A DNA stretch of 64,000 nt from a virus (IMGVR_UViG_3300044842_000203:47567-111566); one strand, 5' to 3'. Counted from the stretch's first letter, positions 1 to 8,639 are shown. Notes: generated from the letters alone by a model not told the origin. Made by a program: numbers and translations.

Positions 1-1
1 G

Positions 2-1399
2 GCCACCATCCGCCACACCACCACACCAAAGAAGCCCAAGACATTCAAACAGTGGGCGGGGCAGCGCGGATCGAAGTGGATGGGCCGGCATTGGTCGACT
101 CGCGCGGTGCGCGGCCTGTACCGCTTTGGTCGGCGCGAAGCTGACGGTATCCGGCGTCGCCGCGCGGACACTAAAGCGAACCGGCCGCACAGCATGCCGT
201 CGCGGCGAGCGATGCTCGCGCGGAAGATGGCCCGCGCTCGGGCGAAGGCGCGCACCGGGTTCCGCAAGATCGCGCTAGCTGATCAGCACACTCATTGCCT
301 CGGATGCGGGCAGAACTTCCGCAACATTCGCGGCTACAACGAGCACGCGTGCGCGCAGAACCACGGGACCAAAGCGAAGGCACCGGTGCCGAAGGTGCAG
401 TCACCGACCGCGCCAGCTGCCCCCAAACCGGCAGCGAAACCCAAGGTGAAGGCGTCTAAACCGGCGTCGAACGGGGGCACAGCTGCCGCTGCTGCGGGTG
501 GTGCTGCGCTCGGGGCAGCCATGGCGGCCGCCGCGAAAGGGAAGATCGACCACTCGAATCATCCTGCACAGCCAGCCGCGCCGGCCGCTGAGGAGAAGCC
601 CCCCATGGGGCCGATGGCCGCGAAGGCACACGCGCGGGCTCGCGGGCGCCAGTGGCGGCAAGAGAACAAGGCGCGGCGCAAGCAGGACATGAAGTGGCAC
701 GAGCGGGCGCGGGACCGCGCTGGGCGGGAGGCCGGCGCCGCGGTTGGCCGCAACGCCAAGTGCGTGCAGTGCGGTTGGAAGATCCGCCCAGGTGAGCAGC
801 ACGACTGCCAGGGCCGCCGATCCAACGCCAAGACGGGCCCCGATCCGGCCGCCGGGGCGCAGTCACCGCCGGCCGCGCCCGCCAAAGCACCAGCACCAGC
901 CAAGACGCCGGCACCAGCACCCAGCAAACCAGTAGCAGTACCCAAACCCGCCAACGGTGGCGGAGCGACAGGAAAGGGGGCGGCGATGACCGCACCGGCA
1001 ACAACCAATGGCAGTGCCCCAACCCCATCAGGCAACAGCAGTGGCGGCCCGGGGCCGGGCCTCGCGGCGGCGCTCGTGCAGGCGTGGGGCGCGTGGTGTC
1101 AGGACATTCCCGAGTTCCACGACGACATGATCGTGAAAATGAATGCGACTCGGGAAGCCATGGGGCAAATCGCCACCATGCTCCAGGACCACGCCGCGCA
1201 GTTGGTGGCCGCGGAGTTCCATCCCGAGTGCGTCACTCCACTGCTGTCCGCATCCGCCCAAACGTTGGAAACCGCGAACCATTTCACCAACGTGCTCATG
1301 GCCATCGAGCGGGTTTACGGACCACTGCTAAACCACTACCGCTCCGGCATTCCTGACCCTGGTGAGAAGTACCTGTCCAGCGGTCGCAAAGGAAGTTGA
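2..1399 (+). CDS. 5'-partial Pro/Ala/Lys-rich protein with Cys/His clusters and helical C-terminal domain; transfer-module accessory (TraA-like position)
   Basis: Frame open from window edge; directly upstream of TraB-like gene; possible internal start at 986. Confidence 0.6.
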   Translation, partial: ATIRHTTTPKKPKTFKQWAGQRGSKWMGRHWSTRAVRGLYRFGRREADGIRRRRADTKANRPHSMPSRRAMLARKMARARAKARTGFRKIALADQHTHCLGCGQNFRNIRGYNEHACAQNHGTKAKAPVPKVQSPTAPAAPKPAAKPKVKASKPASNGGTAAAAAGGAALGAAMAAAAKGKIDHSNHPAQPAAPAAEEKPPMGPMAAKAHARARGRQWRQENKARRKQDMKWHERARDRAGREAGAAVGRNAKCVQCGWKIRPGEQHDCQGRRSNAKTGPDPAAGAQSPPAAPAKAPAPAKTPAPAPSKPVAVPKPANGGGATGKGAAMTAPATTNGSAPTPSGNSSGGPGPGLAAALVQAWGAWCQDIPEFHDDMIVKMNATREAMGQIATMLQDHAAQLVAAEFHPECVTPLLSASAQTLETANHFTNVLMAIERVYGPLLNHYRSGIPDPGEKYLSSGRKGS

Positions 1400-1435
1400 C
1401 GATAAACAGAGTCGGGGGAGAAGGGACTCATCAAT

Positions 1436-3601
1436 ATGTCTAGGCGCGTCGGCTACAGCCCGGCGATCACATCCGAGCAGACTTTCGGCGACTGGTACAA
1501 CGAGCGTCGTTTGTTGCTGAACCCTTGGGTTGCGGGTGCGGTCGTCGGGGCGGTCGGCGTGGGCAACTCGCTCATGTTCCCCTTGTGGCCGCACACCATT
1601 CTGTGGGTAGCAGTCGCTTCCCTACTGCTGCTCATTTGGACAGTGACGCTTACCCACGCACCGCAGCGTTTGTTCTACCGGATATTCATCGCCGTGGGGG
1701 CGGCGTGGATGTTCCTTCTGCAAACGCACTGGGCGGCCGAGCATTGGCGGGCCTTCGTCGTCGGATGGTTCATCGCCACCTCATTGGGATGGATCGGCTA
1801 TTGGACTGATCAACGGGAGCGGTACAAGGTACGGGTCCAGGCCGAGCACGACAGTTGGCCTGGTTTGGCGTCCATGCTGGGCATCCCGAAAGCGTGGATG
1901 TCACAAAAGGTGACCACGGCCACCGGATGGACCCAACGCCTGTCGTGGCCACAAGGCACCTACACCCTCTCCCAGATCAAAGGCATGCAGGAACGCCTAG
2001 AGGGCGCGCTGAATGTGCCCGCGGGGCAGCTACGACTCAAGCCCGTGCGCGACGACGACGACAACATCAACCCCAACGCCATCGAATTGGAGGCCAACAC
2101 GAACTCCCCCCTGCGCAAACAGCCACTGCGATTCGACGCACCCACCATGCGCTCGATCTGCGACCAGATGTACGTGGGTAACTACGAGAACCACGAACTG
2201 CTGAACGTTCACTGGTGGCACCCCGAGTACGGCGGTATCCACACGCTGGCCGCGGGCGCCACCCGTTCCGGCAAGAGTGGTTTGTACCGGCTGATGCTGG
2301 GCGAGACCGCACCGTGCGACGACGTGGTGCGCCTCGGCATCGACGCTAAGGGTGGCATGGCACTGCGGCCGTGGGCGCCGCTGTTCGAGTGGCTGGTGTG
2401 TGGCCGCTCGGGCCCGGCAGTCGCGGAAACGATCGCGATGCTGGAGTGGCTAGACGGGGTTATCGACTACCGCTCCACGTACGCGGCGGAGCGCGGCTGG
2501 GATGTGTGGAAGGTCAGCCGCCGCCACCCACTGATCATCCTTTACATCGACGAGGCCAAAGAGGTGCTGGGCCTCAAGGTCGACAAGTTCCACGCGCTGA
2601 GCCTGGTGGAAAAGATCGGCACCATGGGCGCGGGGGTCGGCGTGCTGCTGTGCGCCGCCACCCAGTATCCGACGATTGAGGCCATCGGATCCAGCCAGAT
2701 CCAGGCGAACATTTTGCGCCGGTTCTGTTTCCGCGTGGAGCGCACCAACCACCAGCACGTGATCCTGCCCGACGCCACGGGTATCGACGCGACGTTCCCG
2801 GACAAGCCGATCGGGCCGGCGGGGGCGGGCTGGTGCTTCTTCTCGGACATGGGTTCGATGAAGCCGATTCCGTTGCGGGTGCGGGATCTCAAGCCGGAGC
2901 AGGTGTACGAGATTGTCGATTCGTACTACCACGTGCGCTGCCCGGTGGATGTGGGCACGGCGACACAGCCGGTGCGTCGAGAGGCCTTCGAGGCGCGTAG
3001 GCGGTGGACGATGCGTGATCTTCACCGGCCGGAGTCCTACGGCGATTTGGACGCTGGCGAGTGGTCGGACGAGGCCGACGAGATGGGCGCACGGGACGAC
3101 GACACCGTGCCTGTGCCCACCCAGCAGAACGTGACTGAAAACGTGACTCAGGGCGTGACTGAGACCGTGACTAACAGCGTGACTGAAAGCGTGACTAACG
3201 GAAAGGAGCAGGTCGTGACTAGTACAGGAGATCCGACCACGGTCATCATCGACGGGCAGGAAATCACCGGCGTGCGGGTTCCACTGCGGGACCTCGTGCA
3301 TCCGCGCAACGCAGCGGATGCGGCGGCATTGCGTCAGGCCCAGGAGGCGTTCGCGGCGCAGCAGGCCGAGTGGCCGACGGAGATGGCCGACAAGGCGTTC
3401 TGGTTGACGTTGCAGACGGCAGGCGACGCCGGGGTAACCGCGGCGACGTTGATGGCCGCGTGCCACCGCAAGGCGTCGTGGGTGCACGAGCGGATGCACT
3501 CAGCCCGGATGTCCAAGCGGGTGGTCGAGGTGGAAGGTAAGAAGTCTTACTACAAGTTGGCTCCGGGTATGCCAATCCCCGAGCTTGCTAACGCTGTGTA
3601 G
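1436..3601 (+). CDS. traB: TraB-like FtsK/SpoIIIE DNA translocase
   Basis: N-terminal TM helices, Walker A AGATRSGKS, Walker B IILYIDEA, ATQYP motif, C-terminal winged helix as in actinomycete plasmid TraB. Confidence 0.8.
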   Translation: MSRRVGYSPAITSEQTFGDWYNERRLLLNPWVAGAVVGAVGVGNSLMFPLWPHTILWVAVASLLLLIWTVTLTHAPQRLFYRIFIAVGAAWMFLLQTHWAAEHWRAFVVGWFIATSLGWIGYWTDQRERYKVRVQAEHDSWPGLASMLGIPKAWMSQKVTTATGWTQRLSWPQGTYTLSQIKGMQERLEGALNVPAGQLRLKPVRDDDDNINPNAIELEANTNSPLRKQPLRFDAPTMRSICDQMYVGNYENHELLNVHWWHPEYGGIHTLAAGATRSGKSGLYRLMLGETAPCDDVVRLGIDAKGGMALRPWAPLFEWLVCGRSGPAVAETIAMLEWLDGVIDYRSTYAAERGWDVWKVSRRHPLIILYIDEAKEVLGLKVDKFHALSLVEKIGTMGAGVGVLLCAATQYPTIEAIGSSQIQANILRRFCFRVERTNHQHVILPDATGIDATFPDKPIGPAGAGWCFFSDMGSMKPIPLRVRDLKPEQVYEIVDSYYHVRCPVDVGTATQPVRREAFEARRRWTMRDLHRPESYGDLDAGEWSDEADEMGARDDDTVPVPTQQNVTENVTQGVTETVTNSVTESVTNGKEQVVTSTGDPTTVIIDGQEITGVRVPLRDLVHPRNAADAAALRQAQEAFAAQQAEWPTEMADKAFWLTLQTAGDAGVTAATLMAACHRKASWVHERMHSARMSKRVVEVEGKKSYYKLAPGMPIPELANAV
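3130..3220 (+). repeat. CGTGACT array, 7 copies, 12-bp period
   Basis: GTGACT at 3131,3143,3155,3167,3179,3191,3215. Confidence 0.9.
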
Positions 3602-3609
3602 CGGAGGGT

Positions 3610-3722
3610 TCTGGAGTCCAGAGGTCTCCGGAAGCCTCCGGAGAGTCGGAAAACGCGAGGCCACTCTAGGAAATCTGGAAAATCAGTCCGGAACCCTCCG
3701 GAGGTCTCCGGAAACCTCCGGG
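3610..3722. repeat. TCCGGA array with 10-bp period (clt-like)
   Basis: TCCGGA at 3627,3637,3687,3697,3707; variants at 3617,3717; 21-nt direct repeat 3621-3641/3701-3721. Confidence 0.8.
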
Positions 3723-3751
3723 CCGTCACGAACAGGAAGTGGTGACTACAG

Positions 3752-4072
3752 ATGGTGACGATGTGGCTCTTACAGCAGCCACCTCCCGAGCACACACACA
3801 GCAGCACTGCCGGGTGGGCGTTCCTGATCCTCACCGGGGTGCTGTGGGTGGCCTACAAGTGCATCAAGGCCCAAATCAAGCCGATCAACCGCTGCGGCGA
3901 CTGCCCCAAACCTGACGCCGAGGGCAACCGCAAACGCTGCCGCACATGCGGCGACAAACCCGAGATCCTCAACCGCTGGGCGTACTGGCAGATGCGGGCC
4001 GGCATTCGCGTGCCCCGCGCCGAACGCCTGCCGCACATCACACATCCACGGGCGGTGCCCAAGGATTGGTAG
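3752..4072 (+). CDS. Membrane-anchored Zn-finger protein
   Basis: One TM helix, CGDC...CRTC. Confidence 0.7.
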   Translation: MVTMWLLQQPPPEHTHSSTAGWAFLILTGVLWVAYKCIKAQIKPINRCGDCPKPDAEGNRKRCRTCGDKPEILNRWAYWQMRAGIRVPRAERLPHITHPRAVPKDW

Positions 4073-4098
4073 ACGCGAGATTCCGGTTCCCGCAACAC

Positions 4099-4137
4099 GA
4101 CTGAGCCCCCGGCAAGGACGACGCCGGGGGCTCAGTC
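4099..4137. terminator. Hairpin between convergent genes
   Basis: Perfect 15-bp stem GACTGAGCCCCCGGC/GCCGGGGGCTCAGTC. Confidence 0.75.
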
Positions 4138-4222
4138 ACATTCTCAGTCACGCTCGCGGGGGCGGCTCAGTCACGGGCAGAGTCACGTCGTCAGTCACGC
4201 TCCCCAGCTCAATCCAAGTCAC
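4134..4222 (-). repeat. GTGACT array on - strand, 6 copies, ~12-bp period
   Basis: AGTCAC at 4134,4146,4169,4181,4193,4217. Confidence 0.85.
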
Positions 4223-4441
4223 AGCCGGCGGCTCGATCACAGTCGCGACGGGACGCACGTAAGCAAGTTGCAGCGGCGTGTGGCCGGGCAGCGTGACCCA
4301 CTTGCGGAGGGCTTGTACGCCGGCCACGGTCTCGTTCTCAACGTCGGATACGAGGACCGCATCGAGCACGTCGGGGTCTAAGCCCACGGACCTCGCGGCC
4401 TCGTCATTGCGGGGTTCGATGATCACCCAGTAGTCAGCCAT
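4148..4441 (-). CDS. Hypothetical protein
   Basis: RBS GAGG, protein-like composition. Confidence 0.7.
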   Translation of the reverse strand: MADYWVIIEPRNDEAARSVGLDPDVLDAVLVSDVENETVAGVQALRKWVTLPGHTPLQLAYVRPVATVIEPPAVTWIELGSVTDDVTLPVTEPPPRA

Positions 4442-4451
4442 CGGGGGCCTC

Positions 4452-4727
4452 TCAGTGGTGCCAGTAGTAGACGGTGCCGGGCGGCGGGGTGTGCCCCCCG
4501 TAGCAGTGGTCCATCACGTAGTCGCGGGCCGCCTGGAGCTGCGCATCGGTCAGAGCGAAGGTGTCTTCGTAGTGGATGCCGATACCGCAGCCGTGGTCGT
4601 CGGACGCGGGTGGCCAGCCGGTGGTGACACCGGCCGGGAGTGGTTCGGGCAGTGGGTTGTGGTGGCCGGCGAGCCCGAAGCCGAGTAGGAGGGCGAGCAC
4701 AGCACCCACCACGGCGAGGATGCGCAT
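4452..4727 (-). CDS. Secreted/membrane hypothetical protein
   Basis: N-terminal hydrophobic segment. Confidence 0.65.
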   Translation of the reverse strand: MRILAVVGAVLALLLGFGLAGHHNPLPEPLPAGVTTGWPPASDDHGCGIGIHYEDTFALTDAQLQAARDYVMDHCYGGHTPPPGTVYYWHH

Positions 4728-4730
4728 GGG

Positions 4731-5360
4731 TCAGCTCTCCGCAGTGCGGGCGGCGTTGTCGAGCACGTCACCCAGGAAAGCGGCCAGGGCAGGGCGGATG
4801 TCGCCAGAGTCGACGTCGATGCCGCGGTGCGCCCAGTGGGAGAGGATGCCGGAGATGTCCATGGCGATGGTATCGAGGTCGCTGTCACTGATGCCACTAG
4901 GCAGTGCTGCGGGACGGTCTGCGGGGAAGACGTCGACCACCTCGAAATAGCGGCGAACAGCAGCATCGCCGTGATCTTCATCCATCCAGTTGAGCGCTTC
5001 TACTCCTGCGTTAGGACCATCGAGCACTGCAACGATGCTGGTGTCTTCGCCGGGCCGTTCACAGAGCAAGACGTGCACTCTGCGTCGTCCCAGGGCGCGG
5101 CTGATGCAGGTGTCGAGGTCGTCGTCGGAGTTTTGGACGAGGTCGAGTAGGTCGCGGGCTTTGGCCTCGCCGAATAGGCGGGTGGCTTCGGTTTGGAAGG
5201 CGGCAGCCACGCCGTCGATAGCTTGCCCGACATTGCTGTTGCGGGGGATGTCGAAGGGGTTGGGTACTGCGTCGCCGAAGGCGCGCATGGCGGAGTCGAG
5301 GGCGCGCAGGGGGATGAGTTCGGCGGGGTGGACGGGCTGATTGCGGGGGTCGAGTGCCAC
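4731..5360 (-). CDS. Hypothetical protein
   Basis: GTG start after GAGGAG, downstream of motif promoter. Confidence 0.7.
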   Translation of the reverse strand: MALDPRNQPVHPAELIPLRALDSAMRAFGDAVPNPFDIPRNSNVGQAIDGVAAAFQTEATRLFGEAKARDLLDLVQNSDDDLDTCISRALGRRRVHVLLCERPGEDTSIVAVLDGPNAGVEALNWMDEDHGDAAVRRYFEVVDVFPADRPAALPSGISDSDLDTIAMDISGILSHWAHRGIDVDSGDIRPALAAFLGDVLDNAARTAES

Positions 5361-5381
5361 GGGATTCTCCTCACAGGCTTG

Positions 5382-5401
5382 CCGGAACAACCCCCACCAT
5401 A
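5382..5401 (-). promoter_or_regulatory. Motif promoter TATGGT-N7-GTTCCGG
   Basis: -10 hexamer plus heptamer, upstream of RBS. Confidence 0.75.
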
Positions 5402-5427
5402 CCATCACTGTGTGGCTGCGCAACTCG

Positions 5428-5976
5428 TTAACCCAGTTGGACGCGTCGCAGATCCTCGAACCCCGAGCGGTACAGCTTGTGCGCCTGATTCATCACCCAT
5501 TCCCACCGATTGAGCAACAGGCGCCGCGCGTTGGTTTGCGCGTCCTCCCAGGTGATGCGTTCACCGAAGCGGCGCACCACGCGAGCGAACATTTCCCGAT
5601 CTGAACACGCGCCGTCGTAGGAATACTCCAGCGACCGGGCGCGGTCGTAGCCGGGTTTGGTTTTCTCCACCCATAATGCTTCGCCGGTTTGTCCCGCGGC
5701 GCATGCCAGTAGCCAGTGCACGACCTTTTCGTCTTTCACGTCAATCATCTTGACGAAAAGATCTTCCTCAATGTCGATGCTAGTAACCCCCGACACTGAC
5801 ATGTCCTGTTTGCCGCCCACATGCAGCATCACCGACATATCCGTCATCGGCAAACCGCCCAGGGCGGCCACCGTCATGTGGGATGCCTCGTGAACAGATG
5901 CGGCGGTCACCAGGTGGCGGGCCACCTCGTCACCGAAGTAGGAATGGCTCGGCAAATCAGCGTGGTAGCGGCTCAT
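5428..5976 (-). CDS. Stand-alone M41 (FtsH-like) Zn-metallopeptidase domain
   Basis: HEASH, AAGQTGE, DGACSD motifs. Confidence 0.65.
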   Translation of the reverse strand: MSRYHADLPSHSYFGDEVARHLVTAASVHEASHMTVAALGGLPMTDMSVMLHVGGKQDMSVSGVTSIDIEEDLFVKMIDVKDEKVVHWLLACAAGQTGEALWVEKTKPGYDRARSLEYSYDGACSDREMFARVVRRFGERITWEDAQTNARRLLLNRWEWVMNQAHKLYRSGFEDLRRVQLG

Positions 5977-5982
5977 GATGAA

Positions 5983-6117
5983 TCACTGTTCCTGTCCATT
6001 ACTGCCAGATTCGGTGGTGGACCGATCATCGGCGCCAGGGTCGTCGACGGGTGCCCTTACATCGCCATTAAGTGAAGGCTCGGGGAGGCGTTCAAGGTCA
6101 TCGTCAGGGCTGCTCAC
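5983..6117 (-). CDS. 44-aa acidic peptide
   Basis: GTG after AGGAG, fills intergenic gap. Confidence 0.45.
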   Translation of the reverse strand: MSSPDDDLERLPEPSLNGDVRAPVDDPGADDRSTTESGSNGQEQ

Positions 6118-6124
6118 AGTGCTC

Positions 6125-6502
6125 CTAGGTGAGGGTTTTGCGGTGCCATGTCATGCCGTGCGCGTCCAGCCACTCGCCGAGTTCGGCGGTGAGCTGATCG
6201 TGCAGCTCAACAGCGGTCTCCCCGTTGGGGCCGCGGTAGAACGAACCCGTGTCCCAGCACACCTCAGCTCGGCGAGCGCGGTTTTGCGAATCGACCAGGT
6301 ACAGCAGAATCGCCAAATGCCCCTTGCCGCTAGTGGAGGCTTCCCGATTCTGCGGGGTGAGCAGGGTGACTTCCGGGGCGATGTCGCTGGGCGCCTCGTA
6401 CCACTCGATGTTCTCGGGAATGTCGAGCTGGCGAGCACAGAACTCGCGCAGCTCGCGGAGGTGGGTGGGGTTGGCGATGTAGATGGTGGTGTCGAGGGTC
6501 AT
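6125..6502 (-). CDS. Hypothetical phage protein
   Basis: ATGA-coupled to upstream gene. Confidence 0.7.
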   Translation of the reverse strand: MTLDTTIYIANPTHLRELREFCARQLDIPENIEWYEAPSDIAPEVTLLTPQNREASTSGKGHLAILLYLVDSQNRARRAEVCWDTGSFYRGPNGETAVELHDQLTAELGEWLDAHGMTWHRKTLT

Positions 6503-6933
6503 CCGGCGTCTCCGGGCATGAGGGTGAGCAGGTCGCAGTCAATGTCGAGATCAGATCCGAGGGCGCGGCATTCCTTGCAGCGCAGGTCGTAGCAGGCGCG
6601 GGGGTCGCGGCAGGGGGGTACGAGACTGTAGGTCCACTGGAGGTAGTCGTAGACCTGCTCGTTATCCAGCAGTAGTCGCATAGATCGCTGGCCAGGTGGA
6701 TGGAGGTCGAGCACGAACGTGGCGCCCATACGCTGCGCGGACAGGTCGAGGTTGTTGACGTAGCGCAGTTGGGCGTCGGCGAAGGTGGCGCGATCAATGA
6801 TCCAGCGCACCCAGCGGTCGTGCTGGTAGATGGCCAGGTGGATGGCCATGGGGAACAGCTCGGCGTTGTAGCAGAGTTTGATGGGCCGCTCGCAGCATGC
6901 GGTGGTGTCGAGGGCGAGTAGTGGTTTGCACAT
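6499..6933 (-). CDS. SsgA-like protein with C-terminal Cys4 motif
   Basis: LCYNAELFPMAIHL, WIIDRATF, YLQWTYSLVPP match SALP pattern. Confidence 0.65.
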   Translation of the reverse strand: MCKPLLALDTTACCERPIKLCYNAELFPMAIHLAIYQHDRWVRWIIDRATFADAQLRYVNNLDLSAQRMGATFVLDLHPPGQRSMRLLLDNEQVYDYLQWTYSLVPPCRDPRACYDLRCKECRALGSDLDIDCDLLTLMPGDAG

Positions 6934-6949
6934 GGGAGTCTCCTCAAGG

Positions 6950-6969
6950 CCGGAACATGGCTAAGGGTA
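6950..6969 (-). promoter_or_regulatory. Motif promoter TACCCT-N7-GTTCCGG
   Basis: Upstream of GAGGAG and ATG 6933. Confidence 0.75.
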
Positions 6970-6996
6970 TCACCACACGGGGCGGTGTTGGTGCGG

Positions 6997-7680
6997 CTAG
7001 CGGGTGGTCTTGCGCTGCGGGATGGGCAGGCCGAGGGTCGCCATGGCGGTGTGCCAGTTGATGGCTATTGCCCACTGCGCGGCGGCGAGGGTGACCTTGC
7101 GTTGGCACACGCCGTCGTGCAGCCAGCCCTCGATGTCGTCTTTGGTGTTGCGGTACGGGGGGTTGGCGTTGGGGATGTCGGAGACCTGCGGCCAGAAGTT
7201 GGTGACGTCATCGGAGCCGCCGAGCCATAGGGGCACGTCGTGGTCGAGTTCGGTCTTGGCGCGCTGGCTGGGGGGCACGCCGTAGGCGTGCATCGCCGCG
7301 GTTTTGAGCGCGTCGGTTTCGTCTTTGGGTGGGCGGATCGTTTGGGTCGACCAGGCGGGGTTGCAGATGGTTTGGTCGATGTTGTCTTGGGTGATGTCGG
7401 AGCGCACGGAGCCGGGGGTGCAGGCGCGCACCGGGAGACTGGGGTCGGCGCCGGTGGGTCGGACGCACAGGCTTGGGTAGGGCAGTCCGGTGACGTGGTT
7501 GCCGTTGGGGGTGATGGTGAGTACGCCGGGGTGGTCGTCGCGGTGTGCGGCGAGTTGGGCGTCGGTGGGTGGTGTGTTGATGCCGGCGTCGGGTGGTGTG
7601 GTGACGCGGAATGCGGGCGCCTGATTGGTACAGCCGGCGAGTAGAAGTGTGCAGCAGATGGTTAGTAGTGCGCGGCGCAT
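6997..7680 (-). CDS. Lipoprotein with HNH-like nuclease domain
   Basis: Lipobox LLAGC; ELDHDVPLWLGGSDDVTNFWPQ. Confidence 0.7.
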   Translation of the reverse strand: MRRALLTICCTLLLAGCTNQAPAFRVTTPPDAGINTPPTDAQLAAHRDDHPGVLTITPNGNHVTGLPYPSLCVRPTGADPSLPVRACTPGSVRSDITQDNIDQTICNPAWSTQTIRPPKDETDALKTAAMHAYGVPPSQRAKTELDHDVPLWLGGSDDVTNFWPQVSDIPNANPPYRNTKDDIEGWLHDGVCQRKVTLAAAQWAIAINWHTAMATLGLPIPQRKTTR

Positions 7681-7835
7681 GGTTGTCCCCCAGTTTGTTC
7701 GGCTCGCCAGGCGGCGAGCATGCGGATCCACAGTGGCGCATCATCGGCGGGGCGGTGGTTGCCCGCGCCGATGATGTCTAGCTCGAAATCGTCGATGGTG
7801 ATGGCGAGGTCATCGGCTGCGGTCGCGGTGTTCAC
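7662..7835 (-). CDS. 57-aa protein resembling RsdA sigma-binding region
   Basis: GTG after GGAGG; DDFELDIIGAG...LAAWRAE. Confidence 0.45.
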   Translation of the reverse strand: MNTATAADDLAITIDDFELDIIGAGNHRPADDAPLWIRMLAAWRAEQTGGQPCAAHY

Positions 7836-7992
7836 AGTGCCTCCGGTAGAGGTGACCGAGGGCGGCGATGACGAGCAGGCCGAGCAGGAAGTAGCCGCCG
7901 ATGCAGACGAGTGCGATGGCGAGCACGGTGAGGCTGAGTGTTGCGACGCCATCGGCGGTTTTGCTGGCGGCCTTGCTGGTGAAGTAGATCAT
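7810..7992 (-). CDS. Small membrane protein
   Basis: Hydrophobic stretch, RBS GAGGG. Confidence 0.6.
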   Translation of the reverse strand: MIYFTSKAASKTADGVATLSLTVLAIALVCIGGYFLLGLLVIAALGHLYRRHCEHRDRSR

Positions 7993-8040
7993 CGTTGGTG
8001 GTCCCTCGGTTGCGGGTTGGTTACACCCGGTGTATCGCGG

Positions 8041-8079
8041 CCGGAACAGGGCGCATTACTTTGCAGCTACACAACTAGT
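8041..8079 (-). promoter_or_regulatory. GTTCCGG site with upstream operator-like element
   Basis: 8056-8079 identical to 18895-18918. Confidence 0.7.
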
Positions 8080-8263
8080 CGGTGAGTGCTCCCTCGGCAA
8101 TCAACGCCCGGATCAGTTCGGCCATCGCGTCGGCGGCCACCTCAGCCTTGAGCCCGTAATCCCAGTGCCGCGTATCCAGCTCGTCGGCAACCCGCTCCCA
8201 CGTCTTGCCGAAAGTGCCGTCCAGGGAACGCACCACCTCAAGAGCAGCAGCGACGCTAATCAT
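8075..8263 (-). CDS. Hypothetical protein
   Basis: RBS GGAGG. Confidence 0.65.
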   Translation of the reverse strand: MISVAAALEVVRSLDGTFGKTWERVADELDTRHWDYGLKAEVAADAMAELIRALIAEGALTD

Positions 8264-8639
8264 GGTGCTGCCTCCGCTTCTGGGCGTACCGCTCGTCGGC
8301 GCAGATCACCGCGTAGTCCTCCGAGCCGATCAGCTCAGCCAGTACCGACGTTTTCGCCCGCTCGTGCCCCTCGTCGGTGATACCGCCCGACTCGGTGATC
8401 GCCTCGTCGTCCTCGACGATGGTCTCGCGGTAGGCGTCGAGCACGTGCCCGACGTCGGTGAAGCAATACAACGCTTCGCTGCCCTCCGGCAGCGCGTCGA
8501 CCGGCTTCAAGCCGAGCGGCTCGCCCGCGCCGTTCAGGCCGAACCGGCGCCACTTGCCCCAGCAGGGCACATAAACGTAGAAGCCCACGTGCTCGCCCTC
8601 TGGTATCCAACGAATCGCGGGCGGGTCGACGTAGCTCAC
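8256..8639 (-). CDS. Hypothetical protein
   Basis: GTGA-coupled, GGAGG. Confidence 0.7.
   Translation of the reverse strand: MSYVDPPAIRWIPEGEHVGFYVYVPCWGKWRRFGLNGAGEPLGLKPVDALPEGSEALYCFTDVGHVLDAYRETIVEDDEAITESGGITDEGHERAKTSVLAELIGSEDYAVICADERYAQKRRQHHD

Noticed and set aside
3130-3722. Repeat arrays as a CRISPR array
   Set aside because: Units are 6-7 bp with 10-12 bp period and there are no spacers
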